NCBI GenBank assembly: GCA_031425615.1
Contig: JANPJR010000030.1
Span: 82,492 to 146,491 of the forward strand
Reading direction: 5' to 3'
Source of the DNA: Cytophagales bacterium
Lineage (GTDB): Bacteria > Bacteroidota > Bacteroidia > Cytophagales > Microscillaceae
Length of the DNA: 64,000 nucleotides
Part shown: positions 39,583 to 50,013 of the stretch, piece by piece
Numbering within the stretch: position 1 is the first letter of the stretch
How the letters are laid out: every line of letters begins with the position of its first letter
Made by a program: the position numbers and the translations under genes
Notes under the pieces: generated by a model
Told to the model about the DNA's origin: nothing
The model's database searches: none
Seen by the model: the letters and a program-made list of their open reading frames with translations, nothing else

Positions 39583-42249
39583 TTACAACAATTCTTGTGC
39601 TTTTGCGATAGCATTTGTAAGTCCTGCTACATCTTTCCCACCTGCGAGTGCGTAATGTGGTTGTCCTCCACCGCCACCTTGTATGTGTTTGGCAAGTTCT
39701 TTTACCCAATTCCCTGCATGGAATTTCGCATTTTCAGGTTTCTTTTCCAATAAACTATCCGAAAAAGCCACCGAAATAAACGGTTTTTCATCTATTTCTG
39801 TACCTAACACCAATGCGAGGTTTGGCACTTGGTTACGCAATTCAAAAACAAGATTTTTCAAGGCTTCTGCAGACGAAATTTTAATAACTTGGCTAATAAA
39901 ATTTATATTATTCAGGTTTTGAATTTTTTGCAAAAGGTTGTTTTTCAATACTTGGTTCGCTTCATTTTCCAAATGTTCTATTTTTTTAAGCAGTTGTCGT
40001 TTTTCTTCTTGTGTATCTGAAATTGCCTTTTTCAAATCTTTTGGATTGTTAAACATTTGGCGAATTTCGTCTAATGCATTGGTTTGTTGCGTAATATATT
40101 CCGACAATTTTTCACCTGTGATTGCTTCGATACGTCTCACACCTGATGCACTCGAGCCTTCTGCAACGATTTTAACGCCACCGATTTTGCCTGTTGCAGA
40201 CACATGTGTACCACCACACAATTCACGCGAAAAACTTGCATCAAACGTAATCACACGCACAAATTCACCATATTTTTCTCCAAAAAGTGCAGTTGCACCA
40301 AGTTCTTCGGTTGCTTTTTTGATAGGTACATTGCGTTGTTCGTCCAATATGATATTTTGGCGTATGCGTTCATTGGCGATATTTTCTATTTTTAATAAAT
40401 TTTCTGGAGAAATTTTTTCAAAATGCGAAAAATCAAACCTCAAACCTTCATCATTGACCAAAGAGCCTTTTTGTGCAATATGTTTACCCAATACTTCACG
40501 CAAAGCAGAATGTAAAAGATGCGTAGCAGAGTGATTTGCAGAAATATTGCCTCGTCTGTGTGCATCTACTTGTGCCAAAACGTTCATTTCTTGGAATTTA
40601 CTTGTGTATTCAAGCCATGATTTATCTTGTGTGAGGTGAATAATAAGGTCATTTTCCTTTTTTGTATCAAAAATTGGAATTTTTACCTCAAAATTTGTAC
40701 CTTGCAATGTTAATTCGCCTACATCACCGACTTGTCCGCCACTTTCTGCATAAAAAGGCGTTTTATCCAATACAATTTGGTAAAAAATTTGGTTTTTGGT
40801 GCTTACTTGGCGATATTTTACAAGGTTTGCAGTAGCAAAAAGCGTGTCATAGCCCAAAAATTCTACTTTGTCAGAAGGAATTATTTGCACCCAATCCGAT
40901 AAATCTTGTGCTGAGGCTTGTCTTGCCCTGTCTTTTTGCATTTTCATTTCTACCTCAAAACCTTTCTCATCAATGCTCAACGAATTTTCTTTGGCAATCA
41001 AAGCAGTTAAATCCAAAGGAAAACCAAAAGTATCGTACAATTCAAAAACTTCGTTGCCTTGAATTTCTGTTTTTTTATTGTTTTTGGTGGTTGTAATAAG
41101 ATTATCAATGCGTTTTATGCCATTTTCTAAGGTTTTCAAAAAAGAAATTTCTTCTTGTAGAATTACATTTTCCACAAAATCTTTTTGTGCAAATAATTCT
41201 GGAAAAACATCTTTAAATTGTTCTGCCAATAAAGGCAAAATGCTATGCAAAAAAGGTGTTTTGAAACCCAAATAGGAATAACCATAACGTACCGCCCTAC
41301 GCAAAATACGCTTGATTACGTAACCAGCACCATTATTGGAAGGCATTTGTCCATCTGCTATCGTAAAAGAAATTGCTCTGATATGGTCAGCAACTACACG
41401 CAACGCAATATCTGTTTTTTCATTTGCACCATATTTTATTTGGCATTTCCCTGCTACAAATTGAATAATTGGCTGAAAAACATCTGTGTCATAATTGGAT
41501 TTTTTGCCCTGAATTGCCATACAAAGCCTTTCAAAACCCATGCCTGTATCTACGTGTTGGGCGGAAAGCGGTTTGAGGGATTTATCTGCAAGCCTTTCAA
41601 ACTGCATAAACACATTATTCCAGATTTCTACAACTTGCGGATTATCTCTATTTACTTCATCACGCCCAGCTTTGAGCGTTCTTTCGTGGTCATCACGCAA
41701 ATCTATATGGATTTCGGAACAAGGCCCGCAAGGACCTACTGCACCCATTTCCCAAAAGTTATCTTTTTTATTTCCAAATAAAATTTGGTTTTCGGGAAGA
41801 TATTTGAGCCAAATTTTATAGGCTTCGCTGTCTTGTGCGAGGTTTTCGTTGGCATCACCTTCAAAAACGGTTGCATACAAACGGTCTTTTGGCAATTTAT
41901 AGACTTCTGTCAATAATTCCCAAGACCAAGCGATGGCTTCTTCCTTGAAATAATCGCCAAAAGACCAATTCCCCAACATTTCAAAAAGCGTGTGGTGATA
42001 AGTGTCATGCCCTACATCTTCCAAATCATTGTGTTTGCCTGTTACACGTAGGCATTTTTGCGTGTCCGCTATGCGTGGCGAAGGTGCGGTTTGATTACCC
42101 AAAAAATAATCTTTGAACTGTACCATGCCCGAATTTGCAAACATGAGCGTTGGGTCATTTTTGAGGATTAAGGGTGCAGAAGGCACTATTTGGTGGTTTT
42201 TTTGGCGAAAAAAGTCTAAGAATTGTCTGCGTATTTCGTGAGAAGTCAT
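39583..42249 (-). CDS. alaS: Alanine--tRNA ligase
   Basis: 888 aa, class II aaRS motifs, the editing-domain HxxxH...CGGTH signature (HSATHLLH, CGGTHV), and a C-terminal DHHA1-like tail. Confidence 0.97.
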   Translation of the reverse strand: MTSHEIRRQFLDFFRQKNHQIVPSAPLILKNDPTLMFANSGMVQFKDYFLGNQTAPSPRIADTQKCLRVTGKHNDLEDVGHDTYHHTLFEMLGNWSFGDYFKEEAIAWSWELLTEVYKLPKDRLYATVFEGDANENLAQDSEAYKIWLKYLPENQILFGNKKDNFWEMGAVGPCGPCSEIHIDLRDDHERTLKAGRDEVNRDNPQVVEIWNNVFMQFERLADKSLKPLSAQHVDTGMGFERLCMAIQGKKSNYDTDVFQPIIQFVAGKCQIKYGANEKTDIALRVVADHIRAISFTIADGQMPSNNGAGYVIKRILRRAVRYGYSYLGFKTPFLHSILPLLAEQFKDVFPELFAQKDFVENVILQEEISFLKTLENGIKRIDNLITTTKNNKKTEIQGNEVFELYDTFGFPLDLTALIAKENSLSIDEKGFEVEMKMQKDRARQASAQDLSDWVQIIPSDKVEFLGYDTLFATANLVKYRQVSTKNQIFYQIVLDKTPFYAESGGQVGDVGELTLQGTNFEVKIPIFDTKKENDLIIHLTQDKSWLEYTSKFQEMNVLAQVDAHRRGNISANHSATHLLHSALREVLGKHIAQKGSLVNDEGLRFDFSHFEKISPENLLKIENIANERIRQNIILDEQRNVPIKKATEELGATALFGEKYGEFVRVITFDASFSRELCGGTHVSATGKIGGVKIVAEGSSASGVRRIEAITGEKLSEYITQQTNALDEIRQMFNNPKDLKKAISDTQEEKRQLLKKIEHLENEANQVLKNNLLQKIQNLNNINFISQVIKISSAEALKNLVFELRNQVPNLALVLGTEIDEKPFISVAFSDSLLEKKPENAKFHAGNWVKELAKHIQGGGGGQPHYALAGGKDVAGLTNAIAKAQELL

Positions 42250-42432
42250 ATTTTTAAGTTGATATTTTTGTCAGTTTTTTGGTTAAAACTTTTATTTTAA
42301 TCTGCAAAAATAAACTAAAAAATGCTGTTTTTTATAATTTTTGTATGTTACAATTTTCTTTTTGTGAAAAAAGGAAATTTTTGTGTTCTTGTACAAGACT
42401 TACCAAATTTTCCAAACTTAATAAGTATAAAT

Positions 42433-43359
42433 TTACTTGTTGTTACTTTCTAAATAATCACGCACATTTGCCAAAACATTTATAAGTCGTCCCCTATTAA
42501 AAACGTTTTCAGGAATATTTTGAATAGGATTCCCTACCAAATGAAGTGTGTGTAATTGAGGGAAATGATTGAGTGATGCCAATGAAAATTCAGAGATTTG
42601 GTTATAAGTCAAATCCAAAATATTTAATTTTTGTAAATCTTTCAAAAACGAAATATCAGAAATTTGATTTACACTTACATTTAAACTTTTCAGATTTTGC
42701 AAATCTTTTAAAAACGAAATATCAGAAAGCCCATTATTTATCAAATATAAATTTTCCAAATTTTGTAAATCTTTTAAAAATGAAAAATCTACAATTTGAT
42801 TGCATCTTAAATCTAAACTTACTAAATTTTGTAAATCTTTTAAAAATGAATAATCTACAATTTGATTTCTTCCTAAATTTAAACTTGTCAAATTCTGTAA
42901 GTTTTTTAAAACAGAAATATCAGAAATTCTATTGTAACTTAAATCTAAACTGGTTAACTTTTGTAAATCTTTTAAAACAGAAACATCTAAAATCTTATTG
43001 CTACACAAATTCAAACTGGTTAAATTTTGTAAATCTTTTAAAAATGAAAAATCAGAAAGTTGATTCCGATGCAAATTCAAACTGGTTAAATTTTGTAAAT
43101 CTTTTAAAAATGAAAAATCTAAAACTTTATTGCTATACAAATCTAAACTTGTCAGATTTTGTAAATCTTTTAAAAATGAAAAATCAGAAATTTCACACTC
43201 ATTTATATTTAATCCGACTACTTCTTTTGTATCATTGAGTATATATGTTACTGGATTTTCCTGATTGAGAACACTAAGAAGATTATCATTTTTTTTTGTT
43301 TCTATAAGTTTGAAACCTAAAATCTCCTCTAATTCAATGATTTTTGGTGGTTTTAACAT
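42433..43359 (-). CDS. Leucine-rich repeat (LRR) protein, internalin-like 22-residue repeats
   Basis: At least 9 tandem units of LKDLQNLTSLDLxxNQIxDxSF. 308 aa. Confidence 0.8.
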   Translation of the reverse strand: MLKPPKIIELEEILGFKLIETKKNDNLLSVLNQENPVTYILNDTKEVVGLNINECEISDFSFLKDLQNLTSLDLYSNKVLDFSFLKDLQNLTSLNLHRNQLSDFSFLKDLQNLTSLNLCSNKILDVSVLKDLQKLTSLDLSYNRISDISVLKNLQNLTSLNLGRNQIVDYSFLKDLQNLVSLDLRCNQIVDFSFLKDLQNLENLYLINNGLSDISFLKDLQNLKSLNVSVNQISDISFLKDLQKLNILDLTYNQISEFSLASLNHFPQLHTLHLVGNPIQNIPENVFNRGRLINVLANVRDYLESNNK

Positions 43360-43454
43360 AGTATAAAATTGTTTTTTAGCTTAAACATGCAGAGGGTTTT
43401 CCGATAAGGACTTCATTTTTAGGCAAATATTTGATTTTTACACACATTCATGAT

Positions 43455-43560
43455 ACACAAATTATACTTACCTTGCTTTTATTTTTTACGTTTGTATTAG
43501 ATGGCATTGCTACAATACGCATTTATGCGAGGCTTTTTCTGGGGAATTATAAGAAAATAT
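43455..43560 (+). pseudogene. Duplicated 3'-terminal fragment (~110 bp) of the NuoL-like gene found at 58199-60037
   Basis: The plus strand at 43470-43560 encodes ...TFVLDGIATIRIYARLFLGNYKKI*, which is identical to the C-terminus of the 58199-60037 product. DNA identity is about 90% to the reverse complement of 58199-58300, and the copy extends into the AATTAGGAAT-like flank. Confidence 0.55.
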
Positions 43561-43590
43561 AGATGAGGATTATGAATTGGGAATGAAATA

Positions 43591-43629
43591 ACACAAAAAA
43601 AGCATTTTAAAGAATGTTTAAAATGCTTT
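43591..43629. repeat. Left copy of a direct-repeat hairpin (ACACAAAAAAAGCATTTTAAA-gaatg-TTTAAAATGCTTT) bounding the HEPN cassette
   Basis: Roughly 38 of 40 positions match 44947-44984. Each copy is itself a 12-bp-stem hairpin. Confidence 0.75.
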
Positions 43630-43645
43630 CCTTTTATTTTTTTTG

Positions 43646-44341
43646 TTACCAATAATTTTCATATTTTATTTTTTTATATTTTTTTAAAGCTAAAAAATCT
43701 TCAATATTATTCAAAAATTCTTGCAAAAATAAGAAAGTTTCCTTTTTAAAAGTTTTTACTTCATCAAAAGCATAACTATTACCACAATCTTGAAACGATA
43801 TTTCGCCATGTGCCAAATCATTTCTTTTGTGTTTGATTTGTGCTAATCTTTTACCCTCCACACGCTTATTACTTGCAAAACCATATTTTTGGGCGAAAGT
43901 TAGCACTTGTTTTGCGTCTATTTTTCCTGCAAAACTCACACCTTTTACTTTTTTCAAATACTCTTTTTTCTTTGATTTGGCATCATATATATCAATAATA
44001 TCCTTTTCTAATTGTTGCAATATATTGAATATTCGGTCAGAGCCTCTGTGTTCATCTTCAAAATTCTTGTATTTGTATTCAATCCAAATCTTTTTCATTT
44101 CGTCTATTGCTTCCTCAAATCGCAACGTGTCTTCGGTTGAAATTGTAATGTGAATGTGGTCTATTGCTAAAATCACAGTAGATTCTAAAAGGTTATAAAG
44201 CAATAAAATACAGGTTGCCCGCATAACTGCGGGCAATGGAATAGTGGCAGGTATTTCTCCATTTTCTATTTTTTGAAGAAAAGCAAAGTATTGATTTATT
44301 TCTTCTTTTCTGCGAGAAAATTCATTTTTTACACTTTGCAT
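43646..44341 (-). CDS. HEPN-domain protein (Abi / RiboL-PSP / MAE_28990-like), a putative RNase effector
   Basis: The C-terminal KHKRNDLAHGE matches the HEPN Rx4-6H motif. The protein is predicted all-alpha and 231 aa. Its ATG lies 2 nt after the stop of the upstream ORF. Confidence 0.5.
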   Translation of the reverse strand: MQSVKNEFSRRKEEINQYFAFLQKIENGEIPATIPLPAVMRATCILLLYNLLESTVILAIDHIHITISTEDTLRFEEAIDEMKKIWIEYKYKNFEDEHRGSDRIFNILQQLEKDIIDIYDAKSKKKEYLKKVKGVSFAGKIDAKQVLTFAQKYGFASNKRVEGKRLAQIKHKRNDLAHGEISFQDCGNSYAFDEVKTFKKETFLFLQEFLNNIEDFLALKKYKKIKYENYW

Positions 44342-44343
44342 TT

Positions 44344-44871
44344 TTATATATTATTTTCTTGTTTGGTAAAAATTTGTGTGATTAACTCATTTTTTACCAT
44401 TTTCACATCTTTTCCTGAAAATACAATAGTTTTTATGGGGGCATTTTTAAATTTTCTTTGTCTTGGAATGGATAAATCTCTGAAATAAAAACCTTCTAAA
44501 CTTGTCAAAATATTTAATTTTGACAATTCTAATTTATTATTTATAAAATTATCTAAAGTTTTTAGATAATATTTACCATCAACAATTTCCAGTTTGTATG
44601 TTTCTGGAATTTCCACCATAACAACCGTATAAATAGGAGAAACTCCTAAGATAACTGATTGTATGAATTTGGATTGTTTTTCTATATCCCACATATTTTT
44701 TGGATTGTTGTTTAAAACCAGCTCATTTTCTGTGTTTTCCAAATCAGGTTTATATATGTTCAAAAAATCTTCTATTCTGTATGTGCGCAAATCATAATCT
44801 AATTTTTGTTGATTATCAATAATCTGTGTTTCTGCTATTTTGCTTTTTTCTATTTTTTCTTCTATGCTCAT
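44344..44871 (-). CDS. Small protein resembling a DUF262 (ParB/Srx-fold) domain with a degenerate DGQQR motif
   Basis: …PKNMWDIEKQSKFIQSVILGVSPIYTVVMVE…LEIVDGKYYLKTL parallels the DUF262 arrangement of QREFVW…SILRGYPIG…LDGQQRLTSL, but QQR is replaced by KYY. 175 aa. Confidence 0.4.
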   Translation of the reverse strand: MSIEEKIEKSKIAETQIIDNQQKLDYDLRTYRIEDFLNIYKPDLENTENELVLNNNPKNMWDIEKQSKFIQSVILGVSPIYTVVMVEIPETYKLEIVDGKYYLKTLDNFINNKLELSKLNILTSLEGFYFRDLSIPRQRKFKNAPIKTIVFSGKDVKMVKNELITQIFTKQENNI

Positions 44872-44946
44872 AATTTTATTGGTTTAAATTTTATGCAAAT
44901 TACATTGTTTTTTCCTCAAAAAAAAAGATTTTTTAATTTTTACAAA

Positions 44947-44984
44947 ACACAAAAAAAGCATTTTAAATATGTTTAAAATGCTTT
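44947..44984. repeat. Right copy of the direct-repeat hairpin; it also acts as a bidirectional terminator between the cassette and the S9 peptidase gene
   Basis: ACACAAAAAAAGCATTTTAAA-tatg-TTTAAAATGCTTTTTTT. Confidence 0.75.
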
Positions 44985-45008
44985 TTTTATTTTTTACCAA
45001 AAACCCCC

Positions 45009-47147
45009 TTAAAAACTCAACCCCATATTATACAGCACAAACGCCCAAGTGTCTGCCCATTCGTCTATGAGTTTGGAGGTAGGTTTTCCTGCACCATGTC
45101 CAGCTTTTTCATCAATACGAATAAGTACAGGGTTATTTCCTTTGTGTTTTGCTTGCAATTCAGAAATAAATTTGAAAGAATGTGCAGGGACAACCCTATC
45201 ATCATGGTCAGCAGTTTTGACCAATGTAGCAGGATATTGCACACCTGATTTTAAGTTGTGAAGTGGTGAATATTTCAAAAGATTTTTAAATTCTGCTTCG
45301 TTTCGTTCGCTTGAACCGTATTCTACAACCCACGCCCAACCAATGGTAAATTTGTGAAAACGCAACATATCTAACACACCAACCGCAGGCAACGCCACTT
45401 TAAACAACTCTGGGCGTTGTGTCATACACGCACCCACCAGCAATCCACCATTAGAACCACCTGCAATCGCCAAATAATCTTTGGACGTATATTTATTTTT
45501 AATCAAATATTCCGCTGATGCAATAAAATCATCAAACACATTTTGTTTTTTCAACAACATTCCGTTTGTGTGCCATTCTTCACCAAATTCTGCACCACCT
45601 CTTAGATTAACCATGACATAAATTCCGCCATTTTCTAAAAAAGGCACTAATGTAACCGAAAATGAAGGCGTAAGACTAATATTAAATCCGCCATATCCAT
45701 ACAAATATGTAGGGTTTTTGCCATTGAGTTTTAGCCCTTTTTTATGTACCACAAACATTGGAACGCTTGTGCCATCTTTGCTTTTGAAAAAAATCTGTTT
45801 GGTTTCATATTCTTCAAATTTAAAATCAATTTGTGCTTGGCGATACAATGTAGAAATATTTGTTTCAATATTATATTTATAAATTGTAGGCGGATAGGTA
45901 AAAGATGTAAAAGAATAAAAAACTTCTTTTTGGTCTTTTTTACCACCAAAACCTGACGCAGTACCCAACGCAGGCAATTTTACCTCGTGCAATACTTTTC
46001 CATCTACATCATGTACCACAATCGCAGAATTGGCATCACGCAAATAATTGGCAACAAGGCGATTATTCACAAAACTAACACTTTGCAATACTGATTTTTG
46101 TTCTGGAATAATGGTTTTCCATTGTGCAGAAGTTGTATTCAAATCTGCCAAAACAAGTTTGTATTTTGGGGCATTTTCATTGGTTAAAAGCAAAAATTTA
46201 TCCCCAATGTTATCAATAATCCCTGCTTCTTTATTAAATCCACTAATAAGCGTTTTAAATTCTGCATTAGGGTTTGAGAGGTCTTTGATGTAGATTTCAT
46301 CGCCAGAAGTGCCTTCTGAAGCACTTATAATTAAATATTTCTCGTCAGAAGTTACCCTTGCGCCAAAGTTGCGGAGTGGTTTTTCTTTGTTTTCAAATAT
46401 TAATACATCTTCGCTTTGTGCCTCGCCAAGTGTGTGGTAATATATTTTGTGGTATTCATTTTTTGCTTCCAACATTTTGCCTTCTGCAGGAGCGTCATAT
46501 TTGCTATAAAAAAAACCATTTTTATACCAAGAAATGCCTGAAAATTTTACCCATTCCACTTTATCTGCAAGTTTTTTCTTGGATTTGGTGTGCATGATTT
46601 CAATTTTTTGCCAATCAGAACCGCCTTTTGAGGTCATGTATGCAAAATATTCTTGATTTTTGGAAAAAGATGTTCCACCCAATGCTACAATACCTTCTTT
46701 TGAAAGGGTATTTGGGTTAAGAAATTCCTCAGCATCATTTTCCGTTTTGCCTGCGGGATAGCGATACAAAATACTTTGATTTTGCAATCCATTATTTTTA
46801 TAAAAATAAAAGAAATCGCCTTCTTGGAAAGGGGAGCCAATTTTAGGATAATTCCAAACTTTTTCCAACCTTTCTCTTATTTTGCCACGAAAAGGAATTT
46901 TGTCCAAATAATCAAAAGTAACTTTGTTTTGAGATTTTACCCATTGTGCGGTTTCGGGCGCGTCAGAGGCTTCCAACCAACGATAAGGGTCTTCTACTTT
47001 TGTGCCAAAATACGTATCAGTTTGCTGTACTTTTTGGGTAGCAGGATATTGGAGAGGAGTTTGTGCGGATAGCATTTGTGCAGAGAGCAAGATATTTGCC
47101 CCAAAAATACACGCAAAAATGTGTTTTTTGGTAAATTTATTAAACAT
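45009..47147 (-). CDS. Prolyl oligopeptidase (S9A family prolyl endopeptidase), secreted
   Basis: The N-terminal beta-propeller start YPxTxK…DxYxGxxVxDPYRWLE is present. The catalytic Ser context is GGSNGGLLVG. 712 aa with a signal peptide. Confidence 0.9.
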   Translation of the reverse strand: MFNKFTKKHIFACIFGANILLSAQMLSAQTPLQYPATQKVQQTDTYFGTKVEDPYRWLEASDAPETAQWVKSQNKVTFDYLDKIPFRGKIRERLEKVWNYPKIGSPFQEGDFFYFYKNNGLQNQSILYRYPAGKTENDAEEFLNPNTLSKEGIVALGGTSFSKNQEYFAYMTSKGGSDWQKIEIMHTKSKKKLADKVEWVKFSGISWYKNGFFYSKYDAPAEGKMLEAKNEYHKIYYHTLGEAQSEDVLIFENKEKPLRNFGARVTSDEKYLIISASEGTSGDEIYIKDLSNPNAEFKTLISGFNKEAGIIDNIGDKFLLLTNENAPKYKLVLADLNTTSAQWKTIIPEQKSVLQSVSFVNNRLVANYLRDANSAIVVHDVDGKVLHEVKLPALGTASGFGGKKDQKEVFYSFTSFTYPPTIYKYNIETNISTLYRQAQIDFKFEEYETKQIFFKSKDGTSVPMFVVHKKGLKLNGKNPTYLYGYGGFNISLTPSFSVTLVPFLENGGIYVMVNLRGGAEFGEEWHTNGMLLKKQNVFDDFIASAEYLIKNKYTSKDYLAIAGGSNGGLLVGACMTQRPELFKVALPAVGVLDMLRFHKFTIGWAWVVEYGSSERNEAEFKNLLKYSPLHNLKSGVQYPATLVKTADHDDRVVPAHSFKFISELQAKHKGNNPVLIRIDEKAGHGAGKPTSKLIDEWADTWAFVLYNMGLSF

Positions 47148-47154
47148 AAAAAAA

Positions 47155-47215
47155 ATTAGAAATTAGGAATTAGGAATGGAAAATTCAGAATTTTTATTTG
47201 TCATTTTGTAGGAGT
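47155..47215. repeat. AATTAGGAAT tandem motif plus a TTTTTATTTGTCATTTT unit immediately 5' of the S9 peptidase start
   Basis: aaattagaaattaggaattaggaatggaaaattcagaatttttatttgtcatttt. Confidence 0.7.
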
Positions 47216-47575
47216 TTGGCTATTATAAAAAGCATTTTTCATAATGTTTCACTTTTTTATAAGTCATTTTCTTAAAGAAAAGTTACAAGAAAATTTTAAA
47301 AAACAAAAATTTTGTAATTATTAGCCATAATACCGAAAATATTTTTGTATTAATTCCCCTTTTGGAGATTAAGTGGCTATTTTTAAATAAAAAAAAAAAC
47401 CCACTGCAAGGCAGAAGGCTTTTTTGGATTCTTACATTTTTAAAAGTGCAAATTTTTATTTACGAATAATATTTGTTGCTATTCAAAAAACTTGCACACA
47501 AAAATACATTTAATATTTTAATTTTTATTTTTTTTAACGTTTTTTTAAGTCAAGGTTTGGAGGTTTCTCCTAATT

Positions 47576-48535
47576 TTAGTTTACAGTGTAGGTTTGACCA
47601 TTGATAGTAACTGTGAAAGTGTTATCACAAGTTTCTGTACCATAATCTACAAGTGCTGTGCGTGTAGTGCCATTTGCTGTGCGTGTCAGTGTTAATTTCC
47701 CACCAATAGGACGGTACACATTTACTGCACAACTTCCTTTCCATACTAATTTTTCACTTTCAGCCACAGTACCAGTATAATTTACATCATTACGATTTTT
47801 ACCACTATAAGTACCCCAAACCCTTAACACCCTTGAATCTGCATTTGTAGCCCAAGTGAAAGAATTGGCAGTAAAAGTACGGATACGTGTACTTTCCCAA
47901 GTGTGTGTAGTATTGTCAGGAAAAGTAAGTTTTGCACCTGTTACCACAATGCTATCTCTGCGAGATGCTAATACACCAGGCATATTAGGCGTAGGATTCA
48001 CAAATGCTTTACAAGTTACTTTTTTAGTACCTTCTACTTTCACAAGTGCAAGTGGATTAAGACCTACATAGTGGTTGTCAAAAGTAGCAGTCATTGTGCG
48101 ACCTACAATATAAAAAGGATTGCCCGATGTATTATTTGGTGCTTCAAAAGTAAGAATAATTTTACCTTTGCGTGTGCGTCCATCTACACCTACACAACCT
48201 GTTGAACCAAAATCAATCGTGATAGTGCGTACATTATTGGCTGTTACAGAGGTAATATCTGCACATGTACCGCCTGGCAAAAAAGGCACAGTTTCCAATT
48301 CTGTTCCACTACCATTGACAGGTCTTGCCATAGAAAGTTGTTCCAATGCTCTACTTTCCAAATCAGTAGAAGCATCTATATCGCTTTCTGTTTGTGAATT
48401 GTCACGTGCAGAAGCTTGCTCTTCAGTAGCGTTGTCATTAGCATCAGGGTCTTTTTTCTTACAAGCTGAAAAGGTAACCACAAAGCCTAACATCAACATG
48501 AATAAGGCTGAACGAAAATTTGATTTTAATTTCAT
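47576..48535 (-). CDS. Hypothetical lipoprotein (319 aa) whose local GC content is visibly higher than that of its neighbours
   Basis: Signal peptide with a lipobox (VTFSAC), an acidic linker, and a Thr/Gly/Val-rich beta-rich body. No motif recognised. Confidence 0.5.
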   Translation of the reverse strand: MKLKSNFRSALFMLMLGFVVTFSACKKKDPDANDNATEEQASARDNSQTESDIDASTDLESRALEQLSMARPVNGSGTELETVPFLPGGTCADITSVTANNVRTITIDFGSTGCVGVDGRTRKGKIILTFEAPNNTSGNPFYIVGRTMTATFDNHYVGLNPLALVKVEGTKKVTCKAFVNPTPNMPGVLASRRDSIVVTGAKLTFPDNTTHTWESTRIRTFTANSFTWATNADSRVLRVWGTYSGKNRNDVNYTGTVAESEKLVWKGSCAVNVYRPIGGKLTLTRTANGTTRTALVDYGTETCDNTFTVTINGQTYTVN

Positions 48536-48585
48536 AGATTTTTTTTTAAGATTTTTTAAAATTTAAAACTTTTTTTGTTTATTTG

Positions 48586-48697
48586 TAAGTAAGACTTAAT
48601 TTTTAGTTAATGGTTTATTTTACATACAATTTTTTTATTTGCAATAAGACTTAATTTTTAGTTAATGGTTTATTTTACACACAATTTTTTTATTATC
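48586..48697. repeat. Perfect ~55-bp tandem duplication upstream of the 48820 gene
   Basis: taagacttaatttttagttaatggtttattttaca[t/c]acaatttttttatt occurs twice in tandem. Confidence 0.75.
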
Positions 48698-48819
48698 TTT
48701 GTACAAACGCTCATAAGGGTTTAAAACCATTTTTATATGTGTTTTGATGATATTTTTTATAAGAAATTAACCTAAAAAATATAGTATAAACCAATTTTAG
48801 CCACATATTTACTTCTAAG

Positions 48820-50013
48820 ATGCTTACCACCTTGCTCAATACCGCAAATACCTACATCAAAAATTTTGTCAAAGAAACCATAGAACACCAAACTATTTCG
48901 TCAGGTTGTCATCTCCAACGTGTGTTGTTACCTTTTGAAAAAGGACACGCTGATATAAATGTTTTTTGGGATTGTGTTTTTAAACATGAAAATAATCAAA
49001 TCACAAAAATTGCAGAAAATACTAAAAATAAAGCGGAAAAAGTTTTTTTTGATTTTGTAGAAAAACGCAAAATATTTTATAATCATGAAATACAAACTAT
49101 CATCGCTTTATATTCCCAACAAGATGAAAAAGGGAATCAACGTGATTTTCTTAGCACAAATAATCTAAGCGAATTGATGGGACTTCATAAATCAAGGCTT
49201 GCAAAACTTGAAAAATTTGACAAAACAAAAAATTTTGATTTTAACCTGGAAATTGTGGAAGAATTGCTCAGTATGCAAAAATATAGTATAGAAATCACAA
49301 AAGAACGTTACCAAGAATATCTTTTGGAAAATAACCGCAACACTCAAATCACCACTAATATAAAACAATATTATCAAGAAGCACTTTCACCTGTTGTAAT
49401 ATTCAATACATATTTTGATGACGAAGCCAATAATTTTAATCCACTAAAAAAAGTATTTACTAATTTTTTAGCAAAAAACCAATCCGAAAATCGTAATGTT
49501 TTTGTGGAAATCAGGGATAAAAATATATCAAAAGAAATAGCCTCACAAATATTGTGTTGTGAATGTCAGGAAATCCCAGCAATCATTTGTTGGTTTGAAA
49601 CAACAGATAAATTTTGGCGAATTAATATACATCATCAAGGTATTGATAATGCCAATACCACTTTTGATGAAAATTTTACACCTATTCCAATAGTGTTTGA
49701 TGTGGTTGAGGATTGTATGTTGGAAACACAATACAACACTATCAAAGACTTATATCAACACAATTCTATAGCATTAGAAAGTATGATGATAGCAGTCATT
49801 GAAACACAATTAGAGCTAATTTTAGATGATTATTGGATAAAATATGCTTATACCTATACGCCAAATGCTCTAAATATCATACAAAATATGATAAACAAAA
49901 CAACTCAACAAGAAACATTATCTATTTGGGAGGGTATATACAAAAGTGTAGAAAACGCACAAAATACACAAAAAGAACGACAAAACATATTGCAGATGTT
50001 ACGCAAAGGGTAA
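48820..50013 (+). CDS. Hypothetical protein (397 aa), no recognisable domain
   Basis: Long clean ORF. It is flanked upstream by the tandem repeat and downstream by MITE copy B. Confidence 0.5.
   Translation: MLTTLLNTANTYIKNFVKETIEHQTISSGCHLQRVLLPFEKGHADINVFWDCVFKHENNQITKIAENTKNKAEKVFFDFVEKRKIFYNHEIQTIIALYSQQDEKGNQRDFLSTNNLSELMGLHKSRLAKLEKFDKTKNFDFNLEIVEELLSMQKYSIEITKERYQEYLLENNRNTQITTNIKQYYQEALSPVVIFNTYFDDEANNFNPLKKVFTNFLAKNQSENRNVFVEIRDKNISKEIASQILCCECQEIPAIICWFETTDKFWRINIHHQGIDNANTTFDENFTPIPIVFDVVEDCMLETQYNTIKDLYQHNSIALESMMIAVIETQLELILDDYWIKYAYTYTPNALNIIQNMINKTTQQETLSIWEGIYKSVENAQNTQKERQNILQMLRKG

Noticed and set aside
39683-41821. Chain of plus-strand ORFs inside alaS, and similar chains inside the res, mod, S8 protease, GH31 and T9SS genes
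   Set aside because: These are antisense shadow ORFs of long, well-supported genes. None carries a recognisable motif.
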